Positions 41,294 to 55,389 of a stretch of DNA of 64,000 nucleotides are shown here, one piece after another. This stretch comes from Octopus vulgaris (taxonomy: Eukaryota), in NCBI GenBank assembly GCA_951406725.2, contig OX597824.1, positions 17,174,001 to 17,238,000 on the forward strand. The letters are read 5' to 3'. The notes beneath the pieces are model-generated. The model was not told the origin of the DNA, searched no databases, and saw nothing but the letters and a program-made list of their open reading frames with translations. Both the position numbers and the translations under genes were made by a program. Every line of letters begins with the position of its first letter. Positions within the stretch are counted from its first letter, which is position 1.

Positions 41294-41530
41294 GGTATGG
41301 CTGTGTGGTCAAGATGGTTGCTTTACAAGCACGTAGCTTCGGGTTCAGACTCGTTGAGCGACAATTTGCATGCCACTGGTGAGACTGCGCTCTGCATCGT
41401 TTTAGCCTTTCAAATAACGCCACTCCACTGGCTAGACAAGCAGGTCAACTCTCCCTCATCTGATCGAAATTGGGGACTGGAGCAACGTAAAATGGAATGT
41501 TCTGTTGAAGAGCCCAACACGCCGCCCAAT
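41294..41530. mobile_element. Mosaic of old SINE fragments (family A-like head, a segment shared with 3769-3840, and a minus-strand CORE/V-like piece)
   Basis: CTGGT..TGCG.TC.GCAT.GTTTTAGCCTT..AAT.ACGCCAC.CC.CTGGCTA occurs at both 3773-3829 and 41376-41433. Confidence 0.55.
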
Positions 41531-41719
41531 CAAGTAATCTAGCGCATGTATGTTCATATTTGTGTGTTTGTGTGCCTTGCCCACCTCTACTAAACCAACG
41601 GTATTATGTTTTCTTTTTTATTTTCACCATTGATAAAGAAATTCGGCAAAGGAATCCGTGAAAGAACTCGTTGGAACCTTCGGTAAACATTTTTTAGGCG
41701 CAAGATTGACTGTATTGTA

Positions 41720-41888
41720 CGTAGCTTGCTTACCAACCAGATGGTTCAGGGATCAGTCCCACTGCTTGGCACTCTGGGCAAGTGTCTTCTACTATATCTG
41801 CGGGCCGACCAAAGACGTGAGAGTGGATGTCGTAGACGGAAATCGGAAGAAGCCCGTCATATCTGTCTCTCTATTTATTTTTCTATCG

Positions 41889-41953
<65 letters not shown>

Positions 41954-41970
41954 GATCTATCTATCTATCA

Positions 41971-42044
<74 letters not shown>

Positions 42045-42212
42045 TGTATGTATATATCTATGTATGCGTGTGTATATATTTGTGTCTGTGTTTGTCTCCA
42101 CCAAAATGCTTGACAGCCGATGCTGTTATGTTTATGCCCCTGTTACTCAGTGGTTCGGCCAAAGAGACCGATAGAAAAAGTACTAGGCTTACAAAGAATA
42201 AGCTCTGGAGCC
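41720..42212 (+). mobile_element. SINE family A with expanded internal (TATC)n/(TC)n/(TA)n
   Basis: 5' half at 41720-41857 and 3' half at 42080-42212. Confidence 0.8.
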
Positions 42213-42660
42213 GACTGGAGAAATATATTTGTAAAATATTGTCCTTGTCACCTTCCTTAGTTTTATGCTGCTTGATATTGTTCTTACACCCAGTTCATTC
42301 ACCCTGTTGACTTTTCCTATTAAAAAAAACGCTTCATAGGCAACATAATAACATTAAAATTAATTCATTGTTGTTAAGAATCCTTGCGGCGCACCCTGAG
42401 AATGATATAAATAATAGTAAAAGTATAGAAGACAGAACTGTATTTAGAAGAGAAGAAAAGGAAAAAGGGGAAAAAAAAAACAACTCATCAGCTTTGAATT
42501 AATTAATTTCGAGACATCCCTCCAGATTGTTCGTGACAAACTAACGTATCGCGAGACGCAGTTTGGAAAGCATGGCTCTATATTCTTCCAAATACAATAG
42601 ATACCTATGTACATTCACCCACACACACATATAGTCACAAGCTTATAAATTATATATATA

Positions 42661-42747
<87 letters not shown>

Positions 42748-43129
42748 TATATATATGTATATATATACATATACATACATATATATATACGTAATATGTA
42801 TATATAAATAAAGATATACATATATATATATATACATACACATAAATATATACACAAGCATATATGTGTATGTATGTATAAACAAATATGCATATATCCC
42901 TACAATCTCCAAATACGCACATCTAAACACACGTTAACACGCAAACTTATACAGACACACACACACACATACACACACACACACATACTCTCAGACATGC
43001 GCGTGCGCAGATACATGTTTGTGCGAGTGCTCGTGCACGTGACATAAAAATCTACTTTGGAACGATGAGGTTTCTAGTTCGACGGAACTGCTCAGCACTT
43101 TCATTCGAATTCATTGTTCCATGTTGTCT

Positions 43130-43485
43130 ACATTACATCATGTCTCTTGCTGCAACACCGAATGCGTAAACTGACGCAATCAGTTGATGGATAAGTTAGA
43201 ATTCCTAAATACGCGGCAATTCAACTATATTCCAGAACTCTCTCAAGCTAGTGAGTGCTTCTTAGTTGCGAAAAAGCATTTCCATAATTTTGACATTTCT
43301 CAGATGCTCAAGCCGCGAGAGCAATTCCAAATGAGTTGAGTTTTCTGCGATATATTAGAATTCAGATATACAAGTATTGCTTTATGTACGACAAACACTC
43401 ACGTTTATGAGCGTAAAGGATTTTATAAAGCTGCTGGACATTTCGCCAAACAGTCAAGAGCCCCAGATGAATGGGGGAACATATT
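43130..43485 (+). pseudogene. Possible highly decayed mariner transposase C-terminus
   Basis: Frameshifted resemblance to YSPDLAPSDxxLF (TATTCCAGAACTCTCTCAAGCTAGTGAGTGCTTCTTA) and to the terminal FY...G.Y segment. Confidence 0.3.
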
Positions 43486-43708
43486 CTTTTATTCTTTTAT
43501 TCGTTTCAGTCACTTGACTGTGGCCATGCTGGTGCACCGCCTTTAGTCGAGCAAATCGACCCCAGAAATTATTCTTTGTAAGCCTAGTACTTATTCTATC
43601 GGTCTGTTTTGCCGAACTGCGAAGTTACTGGGACGTAAACACACCAGCATCGTTTGTCAAGCGATGTTGGGGGGACAAACACAGACTCACAAACGTATAC
43701 AAACACAA

Positions 43709-43749
<41 letters not shown>

Positions 43750-43909
43750 CATTTATACGAAGGGCTTCTTTCAGTTTCCGTCTACCAAATCCACTCGCAA
43801 GGCTTTGATCGGCCCGAGGCTATAGTAGAAGACACTTTCCCAAGATGCTATGCAGTTGGACTGAACCCGGAACCATGTGGTTCGGAAGCAAGCTACTTAC
43901 CACACAGCC
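43485..43909 (-). mobile_element. SINE family A
   Basis: Reverse complement of the family A consensus. Confidence 0.9.
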
Positions 43910-44419
43910 AGACCACAAACCGGTCTATATTTAACAGATAGGCGTGTTTTCCGAAAGGCGTAAAAAATCTTCTTTGATGAATGAGAATACTCAGACGAGT
44001 AATTATAGCCGGTTATCTGAGCATTACGAAGGATATGTGAAAGTTCTAGGTTCATTCGGATGACAAATGGAAGTCAAACGAATTGTTACAATTATCTCCG
44101 TTGTCTAACAACTGGAAGAAATGAATGATGAGCGTGCTTCTCACTAAGCGAAATTGAAATATATAACATGAAAATGTATCTCTATTTTCACCATAAGATA
44201 AGTTTCTACTATCTTAGAGACACACAGTCATGCGTATATATTACGCAAACACGTAGATACGCACACAAACGGTCACGTAGAGGCCCTTGCGCAGAGATGC
44301 CCAAAGAGAGGCACTCGGGCAGACATGAAAATGCATTTCTCATGTTGCAAGGTACGTCATATTAGAACTGGCGTTGTCTTGCGTTGAGGGTCCACAAAAA
44401 CCTATTTGATCCTTGGAAA

Positions 44420-44767
<348 letters not shown>

Positions 44768-45049
44768 AAACAACAAAAATGTATATAAAACAAATAAGAA
44801 AAAAAATAATTAAATCAGTTTATCAAGAAAGTGATTGTAAATTTTTCCTCCCTTCGGATCTCAAATGTCTCTGGAATAAAAGCGCATATTCAAAATAGCA
44901 ATCATCACCGCGATACAAGGGAATTTCACAACAAAGGAATGAATCTGATGAACTTATCATCGAGAATAGATGCAACTTCACCACTTATATGAACATATAT
45001 ATACATATATTTATAAGATAGTTGACTTCCCCATTGATGCTCATAATCC

Positions 45050-45880
45050 AAATAAATAACAATCAGAAGGCGGTGTCCTATAGAGTCTAAAATTTGATAA
45101 TTCTTTTGTTTCGAATGAATCTAACATAGGCAGAGCTATTATTGTTATGGATGAAAAACTTTACGAAGATGATGTGTTAGAATAATTAACAGAGATGATT
45201 AATATGAAAAAGAAAGAAGAAATATAGATAAAATGGTTAGGGATAATATAGAATCAATAAGTATCCAGCAAACAAACAGCGAAATCTTTATATATAAAAG
45301 TGAGGTTGTGTGCTGTCTGTCTCCTACGATTTAGATTCCTAACTACTCCCACATTTTGCGGTGCAGTTTAACCAAAACCGGGTATCTTATAGTCGTGATT
45401 CATATCGAGCCCTTCTGGGTATTAGCGCGCATCTACGATGAGTCTACGATTTAAATAAAAAAATACCATCAATTTTTTCCATTTTAATGCATTTTTTTTT
45501 GCTATTATATAAGGGAAGTAACTCTCTAAAAATTTATTATTAAATCTCAGAACGTAAAATGCTACAGTAACACCCCCCTTTGTGGTTAGCCATATTGAGA
45601 TGGCTATTATACTTTACATCTCTAAAAATGCTTATATAGTTATTTCCCTTACAAACCCGAGCAACGCCGGGCGATACTGCTAGTTGATTATAAATTTGAT
45701 TTTAAAATGAGGGAAAGGAATGTCCATGAATTACGAAAAGATCGTAAAAACTTGTTAATACAGAAATTAATCTCTGAACAAAATAATGAGTAGAGAAACT
45801 ATTTAAATTAACTGAATTTAAAGTGAGAGCCATATTTTTCGGCACCACAGGCCCCAATTCAACTCCTGAGTTCCTTTATA
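45050..45880 (+). pseudogene. Decayed Penelope-like RT N-terminal fragment interrupted by a Helitron
   Basis: L*SLKFDNSFVSNESNIGRAIIVMDEKLYED (from 45078) resembles the ..ADKG.A.V.MD...Y motif; FKVRAIFFGTTGP (~45818) resembles LK.RPII.G...P. Confidence 0.45.
45285..45683 (+). mobile_element. Non-autonomous Helitron
   Basis: A|TC 5' end, subterminal GC hairpin CCCGAGCAACGCCGGG, CTAG|T 3' end, no TSD; second copy at 56038. Confidence 0.9.
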
Positions 45881-46239
45881 AATTTGCTTCTTAAGTCTCT
45901 ATAGCAAAAGAACCTAAGTAACAAATGGCTCGGCGGAACATTTCAGTTTCCATCAATTGACCTATAAAAGGCGAGAGGAAGCGTCTTTCCGAGTCCATAA
46001 ATTTTATAACATTATTCTCTTAGTCTGTCATCTTATTCATTGTCCATGACTTGCACCCATACATGTGAGTTAGAACGCATACTGCTTGGTAGAGGAGAAC
46101 ATTGAATGGAGGTTACGATGAATCTGATGCCTAAGATGACCAGGTGTATCTGAGATGTTTTAGAGACACCTCATTCAGTGTGCATCTGTTGGAAGTGAAA
46201 TGTCCCTGAGTTCGTATATCTGAAGTGGAGAAGGTTCGC

Positions 46240-46900
46240 AATTTGTTGCTGTTATGCTGATAATAACGGGAAAAGTAAAACGTATAAGTTTGCTTTCAGC
46301 AGAATATCTAAGTTCAATTCTAAATACTTTCGCTTTTCAAATTTAATGGAAGCGGATACAATGACTCACAAGGACTACCATGGTGTCATTTCTCAGGGTA
46401 AGGTTTTCAGAATATTGTAGCTCAAAATCCATTCTCATTTATAAACACAGACGTTCTCTAGTCATTCATCCAGATGATTGCAATCATAGTTGCAAGATCT
46501 TTGTTAAAAAATATATTTATCTTAATTGATACAGGATAATATAAGACTGAAAAGAATCGAGACTTGAAACGATTAGTCCTTCAATTACATACATACTTAT
46601 GTAAGTTATTATTTAGTATAGTCCACTGTTTTAACATGGCTTCCCAGCGATTGAATTCTATGCAGTTTGAATGCTCATAAAAGAAATACAGATGTAAGAA
46701 GTGTGAAGACACCATTGTAAATATGGCATTTGGAAATGTGGATTAGCTTCTATTGACTGAGATTAGCATTTCAGGTTTGTTTCCCGGCCTCTATATAATA
46801 CTCCAATATTATGTTGCAACTCTTTATCAGTAATAACTTTGAGTAAATCGGCGGTGCATCAGCATGGCCGCAGCTCTGAGCTGAAACTACAGAAAAAAAA
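46240..46900 (+). mobile_element. Decayed CR1/L2-type LINE remnant with a 3' tail shared with SINE family A
   Basis: KFNGSGY..HGVISQGKVFRIL..FLIY (46338-46445, frameshifted) resembles NG..S..SGVPQGSVLGPLLF.IY. Tail GGCGGTGCATCAGCATGGCCGCAG..CTGAAAT-like (CTGAAAC) at 46850-46887. Confidence 0.45.
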
Positions 46901-49057
46901 GTTTAAGAAAGAGGAGGACATTCGTAAGATCTTCATATAAGTGTATTTAGTAAGACGTTACAACCTGATCAGTGTTGTATAGAATAAAGGTTTTCCAATA
47001 CATAATTAGATTCCGTGATTCTCCAAGGGTTCGAGAGAGGAGATGATGGAGAAATTTGGAATGGCGTATTTGTTTTTTGAAGAAATGCAATACGGATTAA
47101 CCACAGACATATGTAACGTTACTTGGATGTCCTTAACGTTAAATAGTTTCCAGAGGGCAAAATAATTACCTTTTTAGAAGTTCTGAAAAGCCTTGTATTA
47201 GTTAATCTAAAAGCTTTTGTCTCAGTGTTGTCTTACGGATGGCCACTGAATAATAAAAGTGATGCTAACGTAGAAACCTGTCAGACGTTTAGGATCGTAA
47301 TATCTGGTGTGTTGAGAGTTAAGATGTTTTGATAGCTAGTGATTGCGACATTCTACACTCATCTCACTCCAACTAGATTTCGTCATCAACCTCATCATTA
47401 TCATACCCATCAAAACATGATGATGATGATGATGATGATGATGGCGACGACGACGATGATGATTATCATCATAATCATGATCATCATCCTCATCATCGTC
47501 GTCGTCGTCATCATCTCTTCTTCACCATCATCATTAGTAGCACATCCCGATAACGTTTGATGTCTTTTGAGACAAATGGAAACCAATTTTTCTCCAAACA
47601 AGCTAAATTAACTTCAGTATACTTTCTGCCACATTTTTACTATTACTAGTCTTTGGCGAAGATTCAACATATTTTTCTCATGCTAATTAACCACACAATT
47701 TAGATATGGCGATTCTCTCTACCAAAAATCCCTAATGCGCAGAATACTCTCTTATCTATTTAGACGTCATTACCTCAACCAAATCGCGTTTGACTATTGA
47801 AGACACCTGATACCTCTTCTGTGATATATGCGATATATTTGCCAACACTTTGCAGCATTTTAAAAAGGTCACAAGCTATTATCATTCGTAGCATGCGGCG
47901 TAGGTTCAATTTCAATTTTTCCTTGAAGCATTTCAGCTTGAAGTGTTTGTAATAATTTTCTTTAAGTATTTCTGGTAATCCATGTCCCTGTGATATAAAA
48001 ATCATAATTAATAATATAACGGAGAGTCTTTTCACACACTCAACGATATTAGTGTACAAGCATTTTATGTACTGACTCGCAAGAATTTAATAGCTTTTGA
48101 ACGTTTATATCATGTGATATAATCATTATCATTTCAATGGAAATCATATGGCACTTTGAACGGAAATATATATATATTGTGTTGAAATTTTATGCCAAGA
48201 AATAATATAAAATCATGATAAGACTACTTCTAGGTGAAAAATACGACTTTCTGTGTACATTATCCAATGACACAATCACTAGAAACATTTTATCGGGATA
48301 CGAGAAGTTACAGTAGACCAGAATCTTTATTTGTTGAATTACACAACTTACCCTCCCACAGTAAAATGGGAACTCAGTTTAATAAGTAGTTAAGAACCTT
48401 TGTATGGATACTAAAGATTGTTCGTTTCGTTCTTACATGAGAAAATGCTCCATCAGGATTTGGTTTCAAGTTGTAAATGCATTTTTTTAAACAGATGCAA
48501 TGAATCCAAATCCAATGAAGGCTTAATGTCGTTAATGATAATGCAACTTTCACGCCTTTCTTCTTGCGAACATAAATGGCATCATTGAAATATCTCAAAA
48601 TCTTAAAGTCCGTTACCCGTTGCCATACTTGTTGGATTACAATGTGAATAATGGCAGACAAGAGAAGTAGACAAGCTAATGAGTAAGCCTTTTATATAAT
48701 CTCTTGACATGCTAGATATATTAAAGCAATTCAACCAAATCATATTCTACTAACTTTAAGATGATTAGAAGTAAATTTCAGATGAGTATCTTCCAAGTTA
48801 TAAATAAGTATATTTTGAATACATACGAGGATACATATTCAGTGAAAGGTTCATGCAACCAGGGAGTGTATGGCTTTCAAATGCTTCTCATTCTTAACAT
48901 AAATTGAATAAATGTAACATCTACAATTGCTAGATCTTTGTGCCCTTAACCGTAATTAGCTTCAACAACATTTAATTATCACAAGCACAGAAACTATATA
49001 AGCAATAGAGGAGGCCATTTGTAGTCACTTATAATGGTAGAAATGGCGGTAGAATTA

Positions 49058-49428
49058 AGGCGGCGAGCTGGCAGACACATTGATACGCCGGGCGAAATGG
49101 TTAGCTTGTTTTTCATCTGTCTTTACGTTCTTAGTTCAAATCCCGCCGAGGTCGACTTTGCTTTTCATCCTTTCGGATTAAGTCGAATATATCGACCCCC
49201 GTCAGTAACTGGTACTTATTTAATTGGTGTCAAGCGATGTTGGTGGTACAAACACAGACACACAAACATATGCACAAACACACACACACACACATATATA
49301 TATATACATATATACGATGGGCTTCTTTCAGTTTCCGTCTACCAAATCCATTCACAAGGCTCTGGTCGACCCGAGGCTATAGTAGAAACACTTGCCCAAG
49401 GTGCCACGCAGTGGGACTGAACCCGGAA
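49058..49428. mobile_element. Chimeric SINE: family C (+), inverted family C piece, then family A (-)
   Basis: 49058-49176 is the family C head and body; 49178-49222 is reverse-complement C; 49225-49428 is reverse-complement A. Confidence 0.75.
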
Positions 49429-50050
49429 CAAAAAATAATAATAATAAATTATCTAGAACTTGCTGCCCCCCGGAATGGCTGCAGGCTAGTGACCGAAACA
49501 AGTAAAAGAAAAACAAAAAAAAAAGGAAAGAAAAAGAGGCTCTAATCAAAGTGTGGATAATCCTTTTAATTCCAGATACACGGTTATATCTGAAATTAAT
49601 TGCAATATTAGGGTCAGGTAATGAGCCTTTAATTTTATAAATTTATAGAAATGCAACTTGTATAATAATCCTATCTCTTATTTTAAATCAAAGATGATTT
49701 CATTTACATATGAGATATGTTACAAATTTGATCGGTGTGACGATTGAGATTTAAGCGCGGACGAATCTATCCTGAGACGTGCAGTCAACCACATCTATTC
49801 TAAATCGTCATTTAATCTACTAAAAGCAGTAGTGAAATCATTCTGTAATTCAGTTATAGTAATTAACACCATTCACTACCCACCACCAAAAAGGAACAAG
49901 ATGACACTTTAGGTAATAAATGTTGGCCTAATTAAGTTCTCCTAAGAATTAATGAACGGTTGGTCTCCTTAATTATAAGACAACGAAGTACCTGTTTTTA
50001 AGGGCATATGCATCTCATTCTTTCTATCTCTGTCTCTGTCTGTCTGTCTG

Positions 50051-50160
<110 letters not shown>

Positions 50161-50344
50161 TGAGGTTATAAGAGATAATGGTGTCATTGAGACCTAAAGG
50201 CGTCAGGTAATGCTGAATAAGTGCTATAGACAGACCATAGTTAAGTTCCAGATTCGGTAATATTGCAAATAAAGGGTTCAATGTTGGTTCTATGTCAGCG
50301 TGTTTGTATAAGAATTTTTTGCGTAATAAGATAAAAAACCAAGG

Positions 50345-50406
50345 CTGTATAGATATTAGAGCATTTATAGATATAATGTCCTATAAATGCTCTAATATCT
50401 ACACAG
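50345..50406. repeat. ~60-bp hairpin palindrome
   Basis: CTGTATAGATATTAGAGCATTTATAG ... CTATAAATGCTCTAATATCTACACAG. Confidence 0.85.
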
Positions 50407-50510
50407 ACTGAGTTGTCAAACATTTAAACCAAATTTTCTCATAACAACTTGTCCGACCGACCCATAGGCCTCCCCTTTGAGAAACACTGATTTAACCTAA
50501 ATTTGAGATA

Positions 50511-50759
50511 CCAGCAAAAGACGAAATAAAGATAGACATTATTTTCTATTCCAAGAAAGACGATTTTACAAATGCACGTTCTCACGGCTTTATCGATTGC
50601 ATTCACACCTGGAATCGATTTTTGTAATTTGTTCAAGACTTATACAGGCCCTGATACCGTCGATATATACATATCAAATTTGAGCGCAATCGGATGGAAG
50701 ATGCCCGCGATCCTAGAAGACACACACACAGACAGACAGAGCGGATTTTATATAATAGA
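50511..50759 (-). mobile_element. Helitron-like non-autonomous element, 5' part
   Basis: Minus strand starts A|TCTATTATATAAAA..CTGTCTGTCTGTGTGTG..CCGATTGCGCTCAAATTTG, a typical Helitron-N 5' end; no clear 3' hairpin. Confidence 0.55.
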
Positions 50760-50774
50760 TATATAATACATACA

Positions 50775-50806
<32 letters not shown>

Positions 50807-51209
50807 GGCGCAGGAGTGGCTGTGTGTTAAGTAGCTTGCTTACCAACCGCATGGTTTTGGGTTCAGTTCCACAGCGTGGCACCTTGGGCAAGTGTCTTCT
50901 ACTATAGCCTCGGGCCGACCAATGCCTTGTGAGTGGATTTGATAGACGGAAACTGAAAAGAAGCCCGTCGTATATATGTATATATATATATATATATATA
51001 TGCGCGTGTGTGTCTGTCCCCCTAGCATTGCTTGACAACCGATGCTGGTGTGTTTATGTCCCAGTTACTTAGCGGCTCGGCAAAAGAGACCGATAGAATA
51101 AGTACTGGGCTTACAAAAAGAATAAGTCCCGTGGTCGAGTTGCTCGATTAAAGGCGGTGCTCCAGCATGGCCGCAGTCAAAATGACTGAAACAAGTAAAA
51201 GAGTAAAAG
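50807..51209 (+). mobile_element. SINE family A, full length
   Basis: Full consensus; inserted in (TACA)n. Confidence 0.92.
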
Positions 51210-52021
51210 TGTATACATACATACATGTATATAGTACGTATCACAAAATTATTTGAATATTAATTTGTTGGATCACTGCATGAAGAACAACAATTTCAAC
51301 AGCAGAAACTGCAGCAGCAGCAACAGCAGCAACGGCGGCTGATGCTGTCTGATAGGAAATATGAAACCAAAGTTGCAGATTGAAAAATCCAACCAACCAA
51401 CCAACCAACCAAGGAACGAACCAACCAGCCAACCGACCGACCGACCGACCAGCCCACCAACCAGTCAACCAACAAACCAACGATTCCACCATCACCCTCT
51501 GCAACTCTCACTTCTGTCACCACTAACATAAACACAACCCTCACGGCTCTCCGTTTCCAACATGAAACAAAAAAAAAAAAAAATAATATAAAATTAAATA
51601 ACATAAAGTAGAAGAAAAGAAAAGTAACAACAAAGACAAACAAGGGTAAAAAAAATAACAATAAAGACAGGAACGTCCATATTGGATTTTGAATTTTATA
51701 TTTTGTTTCGTTCTAGTTTAATTATTTTCCTTCCGTTCGTTGAAGAATTATTTTTTTGTAGTATTTAATTTTATTAACTCCCCTCCCGCCAGCTAATGAC
51801 CTTAAGTGTCAATAATATTAAAATGTTATTAATTTCAACTATTTTAATCATAATCATTTGATATTTGCTGACAAAGCCATTTTATTTCAGTTCAGCTTTA
51901 ATTCATTCATCATTTATTCAGTTAATTATTTATATAGTAATTATTTAGTTTGTTATTCATTTTATTTATATGTTTATTTTGTTTGCACTTATCATATTTA
52001 TTATTGTCACTATTATTATTA

Positions 52022-52056
<35 letters not shown>

Positions 52057-52159
52057 GTCGTATTTGTTACCATTTTTTAAAAAATATTTATTTTGGTTTT
52101 CGTTTCATGTTTGTTATATTTTTTAAAGTCTGTCAGTTTGTTTTCGTTTATTATTATTA

Positions 52160-52233
<74 letters not shown>

Positions 52234-52398
52234 GTATTTATGTATTTATGCAGATTTTTGTTTTATTTATTTTTGTTATTTTTCTTCCTGACTGAAACCA
52301 TATTAATCTATTGCGATTTAGAAGACACACATACACTCACATACACACACGGACACACACACACAAACATACACGCATATAAATAGATAGTCCTACGC

Positions 52399-52431
<33 letters not shown>

Positions 52432-52837
52432 CACACATACACACATATATATATATACATATATTCATTTATATGCATATATATATACATATATATATAT
52501 TCCTATCTATACATATGTATACCTCTATGTGTGTATATATATATATATACATATATATGTATATGCATGAATGTATATATTTATATATACACAATCTGCA
52601 AATACTCACACGCTATGACAAAACTATGATAATACACATACGCGGAGACAAAGGGGATCATACGCATTACCGATACAAAATTACAATGAAACTCAGTCAG
52701 ACACACATACACACACACACATAAACACAGACATTCATATCGCACACATACGTGCAAAAACAAAAACAAAAATTCATATATATACACATACATAGACGCA
52801 CACGCAGCGCAGTAGCAAAAACTACAAGTATCACAAC

Positions 52838-52875
<38 letters not shown>

Positions 52876-53534
52876 AACAACAAAACAGAAAGAATTCATA
52901 ATTACAAGCCTGTTTACATTGACAAGTATTACCTGTTTTGGAAATAGCTAATAAACTGTAAATTATCGATTCTAAATCAATAATCACTCAGAATGAAATA
53001 AACTCATTTTGTAATAATTTTTTTTTTAAACATAATATTTATATTTTGCTTCATATTGTTATTTTTTAATTATTATATAATGGCTAACTTGCTTCGGCTT
53101 CATTTAATTCTCATTAATTGACACCAGTATATAAAATGAAATAAATAAATATAAAAATAATTTGAAATAAAGGAAAAAAAATTATCAGAAAACATTTAAT
53201 ACAATGATATTGTATCATTGATGTTCTGTTGATATTATTGATACTATTATCACAGTTGTTTTTGTTTTTGTTTATCAATAACAAAGAGCTCAACATAGAT
53301 TTATTTGTGTATTTATTTATTTATTTAGTTAGTTAGTTATGTATTTATTTTTTATAGTACCAACATCATGATTAGTGATCTGAAATTGTGCGGCATTTAT
53401 AGACAGTCAAGTGATGGCTACAAACACTAAGCATATATTGTCTTCCTAAGCATAGAAATGCGCATATATATATATATATTTATATATATATATATATATA
53501 CATATATATTTTTCTCTCCTTGATTTTTTTCTGT

Positions 53535-53576
53535 GTCCCTTTCTGTAGAAGAGCGTAGGCTCGAAACGTAAAAGAC
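53535..53576 (+). ncRNA. Minimal hammerhead motif, A6U change
   Basis: GTCCCTTT CTGTAGA A GAGC GTAG GCTC GAAA CG TA AAAGAC; palindromic ACGT helix III, GUA triplet; lies in a microsatellite-flanked insert (53505-53662). Confidence 0.6.
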
Positions 53577-53657
53577 TTTTCCAAATCCTGAGCGTTATAC
53601 TAATACATCTGTTTGTTTTGTACACCACCTGTCTTCCACTTTTGTGTTTTTCGTGAA

Positions 53658-53749
<92 letters not shown>

Positions 53750-53899
53750 TATTTGTGGCCGCGGGCTTGTTTTGAGGAATGACGTTCGCCTTGATTTGTG
53801 GATCAAGGTACGATTTCATAGTATGAAACCGTTGCGCAGATGTTAATCCTGTAAAATTTCCACCAATGCGTGTTCACACGGGTTCTCTCTGCCCATAGG

Positions 53900-54129
53900 C
53901 ATATAGATCATTATGTGAACTTATGAGACTTAAAAGACCACTATTTAATTTAGGCTGGTTGATTCTCTCAATCTTGATATCTTATGACAAAGGCAACGAA
54001 TTCTGTCTTCTCTGTAATTCAGAACTATTTTTTATTCTTTTTTCTAAAACTCCCCTTGTAAACACGGTTATAGAGCATGCATACCGATGTAAACTTTGGC
54101 AGAAACATACCTTTAGTTCATATAATTGA
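53900..54129 (+). pseudogene. Penelope-like GIY-YIG C-terminal remnant
   Basis: LK...FNLGWLIL....SYDKGNEFCLLCNSELFFIL......VN...E....C....K. Confidence 0.7.
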
Positions 54130-54425
54130 TATCTATCATTATATATAATTAAAACACTTTTTGCGGCAAGCGAATCGATAGTAACCAGTGTCACATTTCG
54201 GCAGACATGCACAAGCGCAATTATACGCATTAATACGCTTGTACATATACTCCCGTCGAGGTACATATAGGAACATATACACACATATTAAGCATATATA
54301 CATATATGCACATGCATACATACACTCACATATGCAACATATGATATATATATATATATATAAATATATATACACGTGCATACAACACACACATATATAT
54401 AGATAGATAGATATTTACATATATA

Positions 54426-54659
54426 CTCTTTAACTCGTTTATTTGTTTCTGTCATTTGACTGTGGCCATGCTGGAGGACCGCCTTTAGTCGAGCAAATCG
54501 CCCCTAGGACTTATTCTTTGTAAGCCTAGTACGTGAATTCTATCGTACTCTGTTGCCGAACCGGTAAGTTACGGGGACGTAAACACACCAGCATCGGTTG
54601 TAAAGCGATGTTGCGGGGGGGGGGGGGCAAACACAGACACACAAATATACACACACACA

Positions 54660-54730
<71 letters not shown>

Positions 54731-54911
54731 GTATAGATATATATATACATAAATACATATATACGACGGGCTTCTTTCAGTTTCTGTCTAACTAAATCCA
54801 CTCGCAATGCTTTGGTCGGCCCGAGGCTATAGTAGAAGACACCTGCCCAAGGTGCCACGCAGTGAGACTGAACCTGGAACCATGCGGTTAGTAAGCAACC
54901 TACTTACCACT
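54426..54911 (-). mobile_element. SINE family A
   Basis: Reverse complement of the consensus with an expanded internal (TA)n. Confidence 0.9.
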
Positions 54912-55389
54912 CTTACGGCTATATATATATACATATATATATATACATATCCACATACAAATGTCGCAAGTAAGTCAGATTATGTAGTAAACTCAGGCCA
55001 AATCTTCTCTAGCTTTACCAGTACATATCCGTATTTGTGGCTGCTCTGGACGTGATCTCCCGTTAGCTAAAATACGTTTGTGACATATTTCTAAACAAAA
55101 ATTTACTGCACTCACCCTAGAGAAAAAAATTCGTGTATGTTAAAAGGTGTAAAATAATCATATTCGCTCAGTGTCTTCTCCTAGCGGACTGCTATTTGTG
55201 TTTCTAGGTCTCTTGCCTTTCTCAGTAGGAAACAGCGAAAATATATTTTTGCTCCATGATAAATGCAGTGAATTCGTCTTTTGACGTAGAAATATGTTAC
55301 ATATTTTAATTTACATGATGTTCTTATATATATATAGATAGTTGGGGAGAGAGAGAGAGAGGGGGGAGAGAGAGATGTATACACACATA

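Noticed and set aside
44944-44975. CTGATGA match
   Set aside because: No helix II or GAAA; chance occurrence.
47570-48100. Possible minus-strand Penelope RT (LYTNI) remnant
   Set aside because: Only one short motif is convincing.
54195-54290. Long hairpin followed by GAAA on the minus strand (HHR-like)
   Set aside because: Core reads CTCGACGG and helices I and III cannot be assigned.
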